A stretch of 23,446 nucleotides of DNA, taken from the NCBI GenBank assembly GCA_964525635.1, contig CAZGJX010000062.1, positions 1,932-25,377 of the forward strand. Direction: 5' to 3'. Position 1 is the first letter of the stretch, and each line of letters begins with the position of its first letter. Positions 7,734 through 17,891 of the stretch are shown piece after piece. This DNA is from an uncultured archaeon. Lineage in GTDB: Archaea > Asgardarchaeota > Lokiarchaeia > Sigyniarchaeales > SOKP01. The translations under genes were made by a program, and so were the position numbers. The notes under the pieces are model-generated. The model saw only the letters and a program-made list of their open reading frames with translations, was not told the DNA's origin and ran no database searches.

Positions 7734-9083
7734 TCAATTCTTTTTTATTTTTGAATAATAATGATAAAGTAATTTATATCCTCTTATAGCTCTTTCTATT
7801 TCATTTATAAATACTGGAATTTTTAAGTCAGAAGCTGTATTTATAACTCTTTTTGCACCTTCTGTTTCTGCTTGAATTAATATCGCTATTATTGGCTTTT
7901 TTGGATACTTTTTTTTAATATTTTTAAAAATTATAAAATCAAATTCTATTTCATTAAAGAATTCCAATGCTAATACTAGACCATCTACAGATTCATCACT
8001 CAGTAGAGTTTGTGAAGCCATATTATATATTCCACATACTTTTGTTCCAATAAACTTATCTGGAGGCCAAAAATCTACGGGATTTCCCATTTTACATGTA
8101 GAGCCTCCAACTTTTTCTAAAATTAAGTTTTTAGAATTTTCATCCAATTTACCAAATAAAAGATTTTGTTTTCTCATCTCTTTTGCTATAATGTAGATAA
8201 CTCCTGAACTGGGTGCAATTATTCCTAAATTTGAGCTATTTGGTTTAGGACACCAAAGAAATAATTTAGCAATTTCAAAAAGTTCTATATAATTTTGAAC
8301 AAGGATGCCACCAGCAGATTCTAATTCTTTTTCCTTTAATTGATCCTTACCAACGTAAAAGATTAATATAGGCTTATGTGGTGCGACAATTTTTAAAGTA
8401 TCAATTAAATCATCAGAAATTTCTCTTAAAAAAATGGAAATTACTTTAATAGTAGTATCTTCAAAAAAGAATTTTAAGATATCGGTTTCATTTATATCAA
8501 AACCCTTACCTAGATGAATTACTTTTGAAATGGGGAGTTTTTGAGAAGGGGCCCACCATCCTAAGGCACCTGCTAGGCCTCCTGATTGAGCAATAACACC
8601 TAATCCTTCTTTAATATTTTTATTTGCTCGCATAATATGTTGTCGCACAGGAATGATAGAATTAGTGAATTTATCAATAAAGTTAATAATTCCTATCATC
8701 GAGGGACCCAAATAGATAATTCCATATTTTTTACATAATAGATTTAGTTTTTTTAAAATATCCTTCTCAGCTAAATTATTTTGAAATTCAGATTGGATTG
8801 TAACATATTTTATTCCTAATTTACCTATATTTTCTATATTCTCTATTATTTTACTTCCTAAAACTATAACTGCTAATTCCGGTACTTCAGGGAGGGCCTC
8901 ATATGTATGATATGATCTAATTCCCAAAATATCATTAGCTTTTGGATTTAAAATATAGATTTTTCCTTCATAGAATATTTCTAATAAATTTTTTAAAACT
9001 GTATAGCTAAAAGTATAATTTCTTCTGGAAACCCCGATTATTAAAATACTCTTTGGATTGAAAAATGGTTTGAGGTTCTTCAA
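7734..9083 (-). CDS. Acyl-CoA synthetase (NDP-forming) alpha-subunit-like CoA-binding protein, lacking the phospho-His loop
   Basis: FFNPKSILIIGVSR, LGPSMIG, IAQSGG and GNPVD motifs of ACD/SucD-like proteins; no SHTG motif; TTG start. Confidence 0.8.
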   Translation of the reverse strand: MKNLKPFFNPKSILIIGVSRRNYTFSYTVLKNLLEIFYEGKIYILNPKANDILGIRSYHTYEALPEVPELAVIVLGSKIIENIENIGKLGIKYVTIQSEFQNNLAEKDILKKLNLLCKKYGIIYLGPSMIGIINFIDKFTNSIIPVRQHIMRANKNIKEGLGVIAQSGGLAGALGWWAPSQKLPISKVIHLGKGFDINETDILKFFFEDTTIKVISIFLREISDDLIDTLKIVAPHKPILIFYVGKDQLKEKELESAGGILVQNYIELFEIAKLFLWCPKPNSSNLGIIAPSSGVIYIIAKEMRKQNLLFGKLDENSKNLILEKVGGSTCKMGNPVDFWPPDKFIGTKVCGIYNMASQTLLSDESVDGLVLALEFFNEIEFDFIIFKNIKKKYPKKPIIAILIQAETEGAKRVINTASDLKIPVFINEIERAIRGYKLLYHYYSKIKKN

Positions 9084-9364
9084 GGTATATTATAATTCTT
9101 TTAAAATGCTAATTATAATAAAGATTTTTTTACCTAATTATATTTATCATATAGAAAAAAAAGATCTATTCAGAAAAGTAACTTATAGGTATTCTGGACA
9201 AGTTTATACGTTAAATATAAGTTTAAATTTCATTTTCTAATAATTATTTAAGAAATTTAGATATAATTTAGGTATAAATCCTCGCAAACTTTAAATATCT
9301 CGTTTAATTAACAATCCAATATTAATTTTTAAAATAAATAATAAAAGAGTTATGAACGGTATTT

Positions 9365-10312
9365 ATGATAGATATTCTTTTTGAAATCGTATTTCCATTA
9401 GTTTTATTGGGATTTCTAATAATCATTTTCTTAAGTAGTATATCAAATAAAGTTGATAAAAAAGAAATAATGAATTTAGATGATTTTATATATGATTGGC
9501 TGAGAGATCATGGACAAAAAAGTAAAATAGATGAACAATTTGAAAAAATGAAAAAAGATCCTGCTGGTAAGCTGTATATGCCCATGACTTATAAGGGTGC
9601 TAAAATTTTCATGAAATTTGGTGTATCACCAAATAAAGTTTCGGTAATAAACCTTATTTTATCATTCTTTATATTTTATGGAGTAATAATGGCAAGTAGA
9701 GGACATTCCCTTAATATAATATCTCAACAACCATTCTATGGATCTTGGTTTATAATCCTGGCTTTTTTGGTATTATTTACAGGAATAATAGATGGAATTG
9801 ATGGTGCAATAGCAAGATTACTAAATATTAAATCCAAAAGAGGAGCTTGGTTCGATAACGTAATTGATAGGATTAGTGATATTTTAATGTTAGTAGGATT
9901 AATTCCTTATAACTTATTACTAATACAAGAACAAGATTATAACCTTGATTTTACATGGATTGTTTGGACAAACATATTTCTAATTTTTCTCTATGAATAT
10001 ATGAGAGCTAGACATGAAGGATTGGGATTATATGAAACAAAACCATTTATCAGTGAAAGAATTACGAGAGTTTTAGTAACTATGACTTTCTTTCTCATTT
10101 ATGGAATTTCAAGTTTTGCAGTTTTAATTACTTACTGGATAGATCCTTCCTCAGCATCATCATTATGGTCATCATCCCATTTAGCTATAATAACTTGGAG
10201 TATGCTAATATTTCAGATTATCTTATTAGGCATGGTGGTTTTTTCATCAATTCAATTAGGTAGATATAGTTATAAACAATTGAAAATTATTGATGAAAAA
10301 GACCAAGCTTAA
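9365..10312 (+). CDS. CDP-alcohol phosphatidyltransferase family protein
   Basis: SPNKVS, then DGIDGAIARLLNIKSKRGAWFDNVIDRISD, matching DxxDGxxAR...GxxxDxxxD. Confidence 0.92.
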   Translation: MIDILFEIVFPLVLLGFLIIIFLSSISNKVDKKEIMNLDDFIYDWLRDHGQKSKIDEQFEKMKKDPAGKLYMPMTYKGAKIFMKFGVSPNKVSVINLILSFFIFYGVIMASRGHSLNIISQQPFYGSWFIILAFLVLFTGIIDGIDGAIARLLNIKSKRGAWFDNVIDRISDILMLVGLIPYNLLLIQEQDYNLDFTWIVWTNIFLIFLYEYMRARHEGLGLYETKPFISERITRVLVTMTFFLIYGISSFAVLITYWIDPSSASSLWSSSHLAIITWSMLIFQIILLGMVVFSSIQLGRYSYKQLKIIDEKDQA

Positions 10313-10390
10313 TTATAATTTAAAAAATTGAATATTTTTTTTATTAAATAATATATAATAATTAAAAAAACAAAAAAAATTGTTTATAAA

Positions 10391-11743
10391 ATGAATGCTT
10401 TCAAAGTATTTTTATATGGAACCTTACTAGTTATATATTTTGTTATTTTACATATCTTTCTTCATCCAATTTTTCAATCTGGAGTGAAAAATGCAATAGA
10501 TGATTTTTTAGCTGATCCTCTAACATATTGGTGGGGTATATTTGAATTAATTGGTCTAGCAATTATATTAGGATTAATAATTTATTATGGAATAATTTTT
10601 CTGGCATCATTTGGAAAGGGATATACAAATAAATCCCTTTACTCTACTGGTATCAGTATTTTAATTGCTTCTAAAAATGAAAAGAAATTATTAGAAAGAA
10701 CTCTAAATTCTATTATTGAATCAGATTATCCTAAAGAAAAAATCCAAGTAATTGTTGTTACCAGTGGTTCAACAGATGATACAGATGAATTTTGTCAAAA
10801 TTTTAAAAAAATGCATCAAGATTTAGATATTGAAATCCTAAATGAAGTTATTTCCAAAAAAGGAAAACCTCCTGCTTTAAATTATGGATTAAAATCTGTA
10901 AAGAATGATATTGTTGTTCTATATGATTCTGGTTGTATTTTAGAACAAAAAACATTAATAAATTTAGTATCACCTTTCCAACATGAAAAGATAAATGCAA
11001 CGATTGGTCCTGTTTTAGTAAAGAATTGGAATAAGAATAAATTGACTAAAGGAATATTGCTTGATTATACTATAATTTCTGGAGGCGGGATAACTTTTGA
11101 AATGAAAAATAGAATTGGATCATCCGCATATGCATATGGTCGAAATTTTGCTGTTAGAACTCAATATCTCAAGAAATACGGAGGTTTTAACGAAGATTCA
11201 ATGACAGAAGATCTCTATCTTTCCGTACTTTTGAATTTAGATGGAATAAATATCTATTTTTCACCAAAAGCAAAAGTTTATGAATATGTACCAACTACTT
11301 GGGGGATTTTAATACAACAACGAACACGGTGGATGGCAGGATATATTTCCGATATGCCACAATTAATGGCAATGAAAAAAGAAAAAAAGAGTGGTAAATC
11401 AATAATAATATCACGAAATTTGACAATGACACTTATAGGAAATTTAGATACTTGGATTCCTTTAGTAATTGGATTTTCAATATTATATATATTAATAGGA
11501 GAATATTATTTATTGACTTGGAATATCTCTTGTTTAATTTTCCAATTCGGTTTCTTATTCAATGGTGTACGAAAATATGGAGATAAACATTATAGTATCT
11601 TATTATTTTTCCTAATTAGTGGATATATACATCTCTATATGTTTTTACGCCAATTTCGCCTTCCAAGGGAATTAAGCTGGGAAAAAACTCCAATGTTATT
11701 AGAAAAACAAGAAGAAGAAATAAACGCTTTATCATCTAAATAA
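10391..11743 (+). CDS. GT2 family membrane glycosyltransferase (cellulose-synthase-like motifs)
   Basis: GSTDDT, GKPPALN, TED and QRTRW (QxxRW); N- and C-terminal TM helices. The DxD position is degenerate (YDSG). Confidence 0.9.
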   Translation: MNAFKVFLYGTLLVIYFVILHIFLHPIFQSGVKNAIDDFLADPLTYWWGIFELIGLAIILGLIIYYGIIFLASFGKGYTNKSLYSTGISILIASKNEKKLLERTLNSIIESDYPKEKIQVIVVTSGSTDDTDEFCQNFKKMHQDLDIEILNEVISKKGKPPALNYGLKSVKNDIVVLYDSGCILEQKTLINLVSPFQHEKINATIGPVLVKNWNKNKLTKGILLDYTIISGGGITFEMKNRIGSSAYAYGRNFAVRTQYLKKYGGFNEDSMTEDLYLSVLLNLDGINIYFSPKAKVYEYVPTTWGILIQQRTRWMAGYISDMPQLMAMKKEKKSGKSIIISRNLTMTLIGNLDTWIPLVIGFSILYILIGEYYLLTWNISCLIFQFGFLFNGVRKYGDKHYSILLFFLISGYIHLYMFLRQFRLPRELSWEKTPMLLEKQEEEINALSSK

Positions 11744-11786
11744 TATTATATGTATTTAATAAATATTTCTTAATAGGACTATAATT

Positions 11787-13088
11787 ATGATATTAAAATT
11801 CCATAATCTTCTACCCGAAGAATTAAACACTAAATATTTTAATTTAGAGCAACGTAATTATTCTGATGAAGTATTCTGTAAAAATTTATTGGAGCAAATA
11901 AATTTATCCTATGAAAATTGTGATTATTATAAGCAAAAAATCTGTAAAAAGTTCAACTACACGATTCCAGATAGTTTAACAATTGACGATTTAGTAGATA
12001 TCCCATATATTCCATCAGAACTATATAAAAGATCAATAAACCAAACATTAAATCTATTAAAAGTACCTATTGAAAATATAGTACTTTTTTCATGTTCGTC
12101 ATCCACAACAGGAAATCCTTCAATAGTTCCTCGAACGGTAGAGGATTTTGATCAAATACAATATAATTCAATTAAAGTGTTTATAGAGTTTTTTAGATGG
12201 AATGATTTAAATTATAATAATGGTAAATGTATTACTTTTAACTTTTCACCTGATCGCTTATTTATGTCATTAATGGCAAAAAGATCTGTTAAAGGTTTCG
12301 AATATGCTAAAAAAACACGTTTATTCACAGCTTGTATGAATAAACCATGGGAATTCTATGGACATGAAGAATATTTAGTTAAAATGAAAGCATTAAAAAC
12401 TATATGGGCAGTGATTTCAACATTCTCTATAAGAGGAGGTTTTATTTTAGATGTTAGCTTGATGTTAAAAATGCTTAAGAAAATTCTAAAGACAGGTTAT
12501 TGGAAAGATATAAAAACAGGAATGATATTATTGGGTGGAAGCCCCCTCCTTATGAATAATATGTTTGAGAAAAGGCTAATTCCAGATAAAGTATATATCG
12601 ACTTGAATGAAAAGGCTTTTATTGGATGCGGTGGAGGTGGATGGGATGGAGTAAAAGGACAGGCTAAAATGGATTCAGTTGAAAAAGGTAAATTCATAGA
12701 AAATTATGAAAAAGTGTTTAATATCAAACCAAAAGATATTGGGGATATTTATGCATTCACAGAGTCACCAAATCTTTTTGGTGGACATTGGTCAGAAAAA
12801 TATCAAGATTTTTTATTACATTGTCCTAATACGGCTCGCGTGATTGTAAGAGATATTAAAACATTAAATCCAGTTGATAATGGTGAAGAAGGATTATTAG
12901 AAGTCATTACTCCATATGGAGTAAATGGTTCAATAAATCAAGCTGTACTTGTTGATGATATTGTTGAGTTAGTTTCAAAAAATAAATGTCCTGAATGCGG
13001 TTATCAAGGAGCTACCTTTCGTATAAGAGGAAGATTGAGAAATGCTCGAGGAAAAAGCTGTTCTTCTTTAATAAATTGGATTTATTAA
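11787..13088 (+). CDS. LuxE/PaaK-like acyl-protein synthetase
   Basis: SSSTTG loop, GGGGWDG, DIYAFTE, GLLEVITP, VDD, RGRL and C-terminal GKSCS (equivalent of the LuxE acyl-accepting Cys). Confidence 0.8.
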   Translation: MILKFHNLLPEELNTKYFNLEQRNYSDEVFCKNLLEQINLSYENCDYYKQKICKKFNYTIPDSLTIDDLVDIPYIPSELYKRSINQTLNLLKVPIENIVLFSCSSSTTGNPSIVPRTVEDFDQIQYNSIKVFIEFFRWNDLNYNNGKCITFNFSPDRLFMSLMAKRSVKGFEYAKKTRLFTACMNKPWEFYGHEEYLVKMKALKTIWAVISTFSIRGGFILDVSLMLKMLKKILKTGYWKDIKTGMILLGGSPLLMNNMFEKRLIPDKVYIDLNEKAFIGCGGGGWDGVKGQAKMDSVEKGKFIENYEKVFNIKPKDIGDIYAFTESPNLFGGHWSEKYQDFLLHCPNTARVIVRDIKTLNPVDNGEEGLLEVITPYGVNGSINQAVLVDDIVELVSKNKCPECGYQGATFRIRGRLRNARGKSCSSLINWIY

Positions 13089-13295
13089 TTATTCTTTACT
13101 TTTTTAACCTTAATTTTTACTCTAATCGTGAGTTTTATTTAAATTACTATTATCCGAATTTGATATAGTAGTAAAGTTAGCGGAATATATTTTTTTATTA
13201 TAATTAGATTAGAATAAAATCTAAATAATCAAAATTAAAATAAAAAATAAAAATGAGTAAAAATAGAATATTATATATTATGGAGTTAAAAATCA

Positions 13296-14741
13296 ATGAA
13301 AATCCATCTTATTAATCCTGCTCCTTTAAGGTTACATTATGATCAAAATGAACCATTATTTTATGCTTCTTCCCCTCCCTTAGGATTAATGTATCTCGCT
13401 ACATGTCTAAAAGAAAAAAGTCATAATGTAAGTATCTTAGATCAAGCTGCATGTAATTATAATAATAATGAGGTTATTGAATGGATTAAAAGAGGAGATC
13501 CTGATATTGTTGGATTTTCAGTTATATGTGCATCTATTAAAAACACAATATTAATTTCTAAAGAAATAAAAACTTGGAATCCTAATATAAAAATTATTCT
13601 TGGGAATTATTTAGCCACATTTTATGCTTATAAAATTTTAAAAAAATATAATTGGATTGACATTTGTGTAAGGGGGGAGAGTGAAAAAATATTTACAGAA
13701 TTAATAGAAAAATTAGAAACCAATAAAAATATCAGTGAAATTAATGGAATAACTTATCGATATAATGGAAAAATAAAAGAAAATCAACAACATAAAATAA
13801 TAAAAAACCTTGATGAATTACCTTTTCCCGACAGGAGTTTAATTCCTGATGTATATAAAAATCGTATTTGTGGAATTGATATAACAAAACGTAAATTCAC
13901 AACAATAGTTAGTTCCCGGGGGTGTCCATATTCATGTAATTTTTGTGGATGCTCCGCTTTTTCTCAGTATCATTGGCGTACTCGATCAGTTGATAATATT
14001 ATACAAGAAATTCGCCAATTAGAAGGTCAAGGATATAGAGAGATACTTTTTGTTGATGATAATTTCACATTAAATAAGAAAAGAGTAGTTGATTTATGTA
14101 ATAAGATTAAAAATGAACATTTAGATATAGCATTTACATGTGATGGACGAGTTGATAATAGCACTACTAATTTTTTAAGAACTATGAAAGATGCAAATTT
14201 TGAAATTATTATGTTTGGAATAGAGAGTAGTTCTCAGAGAATATTAAATTATTATAATAAAATGATTACACCAGAAATGAGTAAAATAGCTATAAAAAAT
14301 GCTAGGAAAGCAGGATTTAGGTTCATTATTAGTTCATTTATGATTGGTGCTTTTGATGAAACTTATGATGAAGCAATTAATACTCTCAAATTTATTTCAA
14401 AACTTGATATTGATTTTCCTCATATAATTTTTACAAGAGCATTACCAGGAACTCAATTATTTAACAATTTGGTTCATAATAATATTATAAGTGAAGATGA
14501 ATATTGGGAAACAGGTATAGATCTTATTGATTTACCTCAATCTAATATGAGTCGCCAAGTCATATATAAAATAATTAAACAGAAATTCCATTTACATTTC
14601 TATAGACCAACTTATTTACTTAAAGCTTTGGGTAGAACATTAATTAGCAGATATAGACGAGAAATAATATTAAATCACTTGAATTTACATGATTTTAATA
14701 CATTTATTAAAATAATAAATAATCCCCCAGATTTATTTTAA
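13296..14741 (+). CDS. B12-binding domain radical SAM protein (copy 1)
   Basis: PPLGLMYLA, RGESE, SRGCPYSCNFC, VDDNF, GIES. Confidence 0.93.
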   Translation: MKIHLINPAPLRLHYDQNEPLFYASSPPLGLMYLATCLKEKSHNVSILDQAACNYNNNEVIEWIKRGDPDIVGFSVICASIKNTILISKEIKTWNPNIKIILGNYLATFYAYKILKKYNWIDICVRGESEKIFTELIEKLETNKNISEINGITYRYNGKIKENQQHKIIKNLDELPFPDRSLIPDVYKNRICGIDITKRKFTTIVSSRGCPYSCNFCGCSAFSQYHWRTRSVDNIIQEIRQLEGQGYREILFVDDNFTLNKKRVVDLCNKIKNEHLDIAFTCDGRVDNSTTNFLRTMKDANFEIIMFGIESSSQRILNYYNKMITPEMSKIAIKNARKAGFRFIISSFMIGAFDETYDEAINTLKFISKLDIDFPHIIFTRALPGTQLFNNLVHNNIISEDEYWETGIDLIDLPQSNMSRQVIYKIIKQKFHLHFYRPTYLLKALGRTLISRYRREIILNHLNLHDFNTFIKIINNPPDLF

Positions 14742-14767
14742 AAATGTTTTAAGGAGAAAAAAATTTA

Positions 14768-16318
14768 ATGAAAATCGTATTGATTAATCCCAGTTTGGAA
14801 ACAAAGATATATTCTCCTTGGCCTCCATTGGGAATTCTTTATTTAGGAACTATCCTTAAAGAGAATGGATTTACAGTTAACTTATTGGATGCAGCAGCAA
14901 AAAATTATAGTAGTACTCAAGTTCTAAATTGGATTAAACAAAAAAAACCAGAAATAATAGGTATAAGTATATTTACAATAGCATTTCTTCCTACAATTAA
15001 ATTAATAAGATTAATTAGAAAATGGAATCCCTCTATTAAAATCATAGTTGGTCATTATCATCCCACCATAGAAGCAGAACAAATTATTAGAAAATATGGT
15101 GATTATATAGATTTTTGTGTTAGGGGTGAAGGAGAATATACATTTCTTGAATTATGTGAATATTTAGATAAGAATATTGATAAGTTACCATTTCACATGA
15201 AAGGATTAACATTTAGAGATCAAAATAAAAAGATAATTTCAACTCCAGACGCTCCTTTAATTGTTAATCTAGATATACTTCCTTTTCCTGATAGAAAATT
15301 AATTGATTTTGATTATAAATGGAATTTTGCAGGCTTTGAATTCTCAAAATCAAAATTGACAACTATGATTTCTTCTAGAGGATGTCCTTTTAATTGTTCA
15401 TATTGTGCTTGTTCAAGATTAGCAAAACGTAGATTTAGACCAAGAAACCCTCAAAATATAGTAAATGAAATGCTTTTAATAGAGGATCAGGGATATACTG
15501 AATTAAATTTTGTTGATGATAATTTCACACTTCAACCTAAAAGAACAATAAAAATTTGTGAATTAATTAAAAAAGAAAAAATCGATATCAATTGGCACAC
15601 AGATGGTCGTGTCGACCAGACATCACAGAATATGCTAAATTGGATGAGAAAAGCTGGGTGTAAATCTATATGGTTTGGATTTGAAAGTGCAAATCAAAGA
15701 ATTCTTGATTTATATAATAAAAGAACTAAAGTTTCACAATTTAATGAAGCAATTCGTAAATCACGTAAAGCTAATATTGATTTAATCATTGGGCTATTCA
15801 TGCTTGGCGCACCGACTGAGACTTTAGATGAAGTTAAAAATACAATTAATTTTGCAATAAATTCCGATATTGATGTTCCATTTTTTAATGTAGTAGAAAT
15901 TTTCCCTGGAATAAAATTTTGGGATGATTATCTTTCTAAAGGTATAATTAATTCACATGATAGAGTGTTAGCTTGTATCGGTGAAGGAATTCATGAAGTT
16001 GAACGATGGGAGACTACTACTAGAGTTATTGATTTTCTTTTATCACCAGCAGAACAAGAAAGAATGTTAAAAAAAATCCATAATGCATATCAATTATTTT
16101 TTTCTTTTAGTAGAATGAAATATCTAATAAAAACAGCTTTTCGTACTATCAAAAGTAAATTTATGCTAAACATAGTTATTAATTCAATAACGAACTTCAA
16201 AGATGCAATGAATGCAATTACAACTTTTCGTAACTCAAAACCTAAGGGTTTTGGTACATATGAAGTTGAAATAAATAAAATTTCTTCAATAATCAATGAG
16301 AAAGATAAGAAAATATAG
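14768..16318 (+). CDS. B12-binding domain radical SAM protein (copy 2)
   Basis: PPLGILYLG, GHYHPT, RGEGE, SRGCPFNCSYC, VDDNF, GFES. Confidence 0.93.
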   Translation: MKIVLINPSLETKIYSPWPPLGILYLGTILKENGFTVNLLDAAAKNYSSTQVLNWIKQKKPEIIGISIFTIAFLPTIKLIRLIRKWNPSIKIIVGHYHPTIEAEQIIRKYGDYIDFCVRGEGEYTFLELCEYLDKNIDKLPFHMKGLTFRDQNKKIISTPDAPLIVNLDILPFPDRKLIDFDYKWNFAGFEFSKSKLTTMISSRGCPFNCSYCACSRLAKRRFRPRNPQNIVNEMLLIEDQGYTELNFVDDNFTLQPKRTIKICELIKKEKIDINWHTDGRVDQTSQNMLNWMRKAGCKSIWFGFESANQRILDLYNKRTKVSQFNEAIRKSRKANIDLIIGLFMLGAPTETLDEVKNTINFAINSDIDVPFFNVVEIFPGIKFWDDYLSKGIINSHDRVLACIGEGIHEVERWETTTRVIDFLLSPAEQERMLKKIHNAYQLFFSFSRMKYLIKTAFRTIKSKFMLNIVINSITNFKDAMNAITTFRNSKPKGFGTYEVEINKISSIINEKDKKI

Positions 16319-16351
16319 ATAATTTAAAATAGTTAATTATAATTGGTATTA

Positions 16352-17791
16352 ATGAAAATTGCACTTATCAATCCTGTTCCAATGGATTTAACTCATAAAG
16401 ATCCTCGTCCAAAATTCTCTAATTTTGCTGAGCCATTAGGATTGCTATATATTGCGGAAGTTCTAATAAATAATGGATATGAGGTGTCAATTTTTGATCA
16501 TGGGGCAACAAATTATAATTTTACTCAAGTCGTTAATTGGATTAAGAATAAAAATCCTGATGTACTTGGGATTTCAGTATTAACTCGTTCCTTCCTTTCT
16601 GGAATTAAAATCGCTAAACTAGCTAAAGAGTGGAATCAAAATATAAAAATTATATTAGGAAATTATCATACAGTTTGTGCGGAAAGAATATTAAATAAAT
16701 ATGATTTTGTAGACTTTTGTATACAAGGTGAAGCTGAACATACATTTTTGGAATTGTTGACCTTAATCCAAAAAAAAAGTAATAATTATGAGGACATTAG
16801 TGGTATATTTTATAGAAAAAATGGATTTATAAAGTCAACAAAACCTCGTGAATTAGAAAGAAATATAGATATATTTCCAATCCCTAATCGAGGATTACTT
16901 AAAGAAAATACATATAAGATGTCTCTAGGGGGTATTAATATATCTAATGATAAATCGGGGACAATAATTATGAGTCGTGGCTGTCCTTTTCAATGTAGAT
17001 TCTGTTCAGTTAACCAAAGAAGTTGGCGCCATAGATCTGTTAAAAATATAATTCAAGAATTACATATTTTAGAGTCAGAAGGATATAGGGAAATAATGGT
17101 AATGGATGATAATTTTACATTAAATCCACAATGGGTTATTGAAATTTGTAAAAATATTAGAAAGGAAAAGATTGATTTGATTTTCCATTGTGAAGGAAGA
17201 ATCGAAGGAACCAAAGAAATGTATGAATTTATGAATAAAGTAAATTTTAAATCAATTTTCTATGGTATGGAAAGTGGTAGTCAAAGAATATTAGATTATT
17301 ATAATAAGAAAATAACTCCATCAAAATCTAATTTAGCTATAATGAAAGCAAGAAAGGCTGGAATAGAGATTTTAATGGCCTCTTTTATTATGGGGTCACC
17401 AATCGAAAATATTAATGATATTCAAAAAACAATACATTTTTCACAAAATATCGACATTGACTATGCTATGTTTCATATATTTGAAGTTTTTCCTGGCATT
17501 AAAATCTGGGAAGAATTAAAAGAACAAAATAAATTAAATGAAGATAAATATTGGGAAACGGGTGTTAGAGTTCCTGAACTATCTTTTTACCCATATAAAC
17601 TAGATTTCTTAACAAATTTAATAAGAAAAACTTATAGACAATTTTATTCCTTGGGAAGACCAAAATTCATTTTTAAACAAATTATTAGATCACTAAAAAG
17701 TAAATATCGTCGTGATAAATTAAGAAATTTAGCTAAAGATTATCATTCTTCTCTAAGATTATTAGATTCATTGAGTGAAAAAAGATTTTAA
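16352..17791 (+). CDS. B12-binding domain radical SAM protein (copy 3)
   Basis: MKIALINP start at ATG 16352 matches the paralogs; PLGLLYIA, GEAE, SRGCPFQCRFC, MDDNF, GMES. Confidence 0.93.
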   Translation: MKIALINPVPMDLTHKDPRPKFSNFAEPLGLLYIAEVLINNGYEVSIFDHGATNYNFTQVVNWIKNKNPDVLGISVLTRSFLSGIKIAKLAKEWNQNIKIILGNYHTVCAERILNKYDFVDFCIQGEAEHTFLELLTLIQKKSNNYEDISGIFYRKNGFIKSTKPRELERNIDIFPIPNRGLLKENTYKMSLGGINISNDKSGTIIMSRGCPFQCRFCSVNQRSWRHRSVKNIIQELHILESEGYREIMVMDDNFTLNPQWVIEICKNIRKEKIDLIFHCEGRIEGTKEMYEFMNKVNFKSIFYGMESGSQRILDYYNKKITPSKSNLAIMKARKAGIEILMASFIMGSPIENINDIQKTIHFSQNIDIDYAMFHIFEVFPGIKIWEELKEQNKLNEDKYWETGVRVPELSFYPYKLDFLTNLIRKTYRQFYSLGRPKFIFKQIIRSLKSKYRRDKLRNLAKDYHSSLRLLDSLSEKRF

Positions 17792-17891
17792 ATATTCATT
17801 TTATAGACAGAAACTTTTTAGTTAATTATAAAAAAAAAGATAGAATTTATGTTTTTTTATTTCAAAATTCTTTTTCTTTGAAGAAATTCAT

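Noticed and set aside
9058-9240. 60-aa plus-strand ORF
   Set aside because: It overlaps the start and promoter region of the divergent gene and has no motif; likely spurious.
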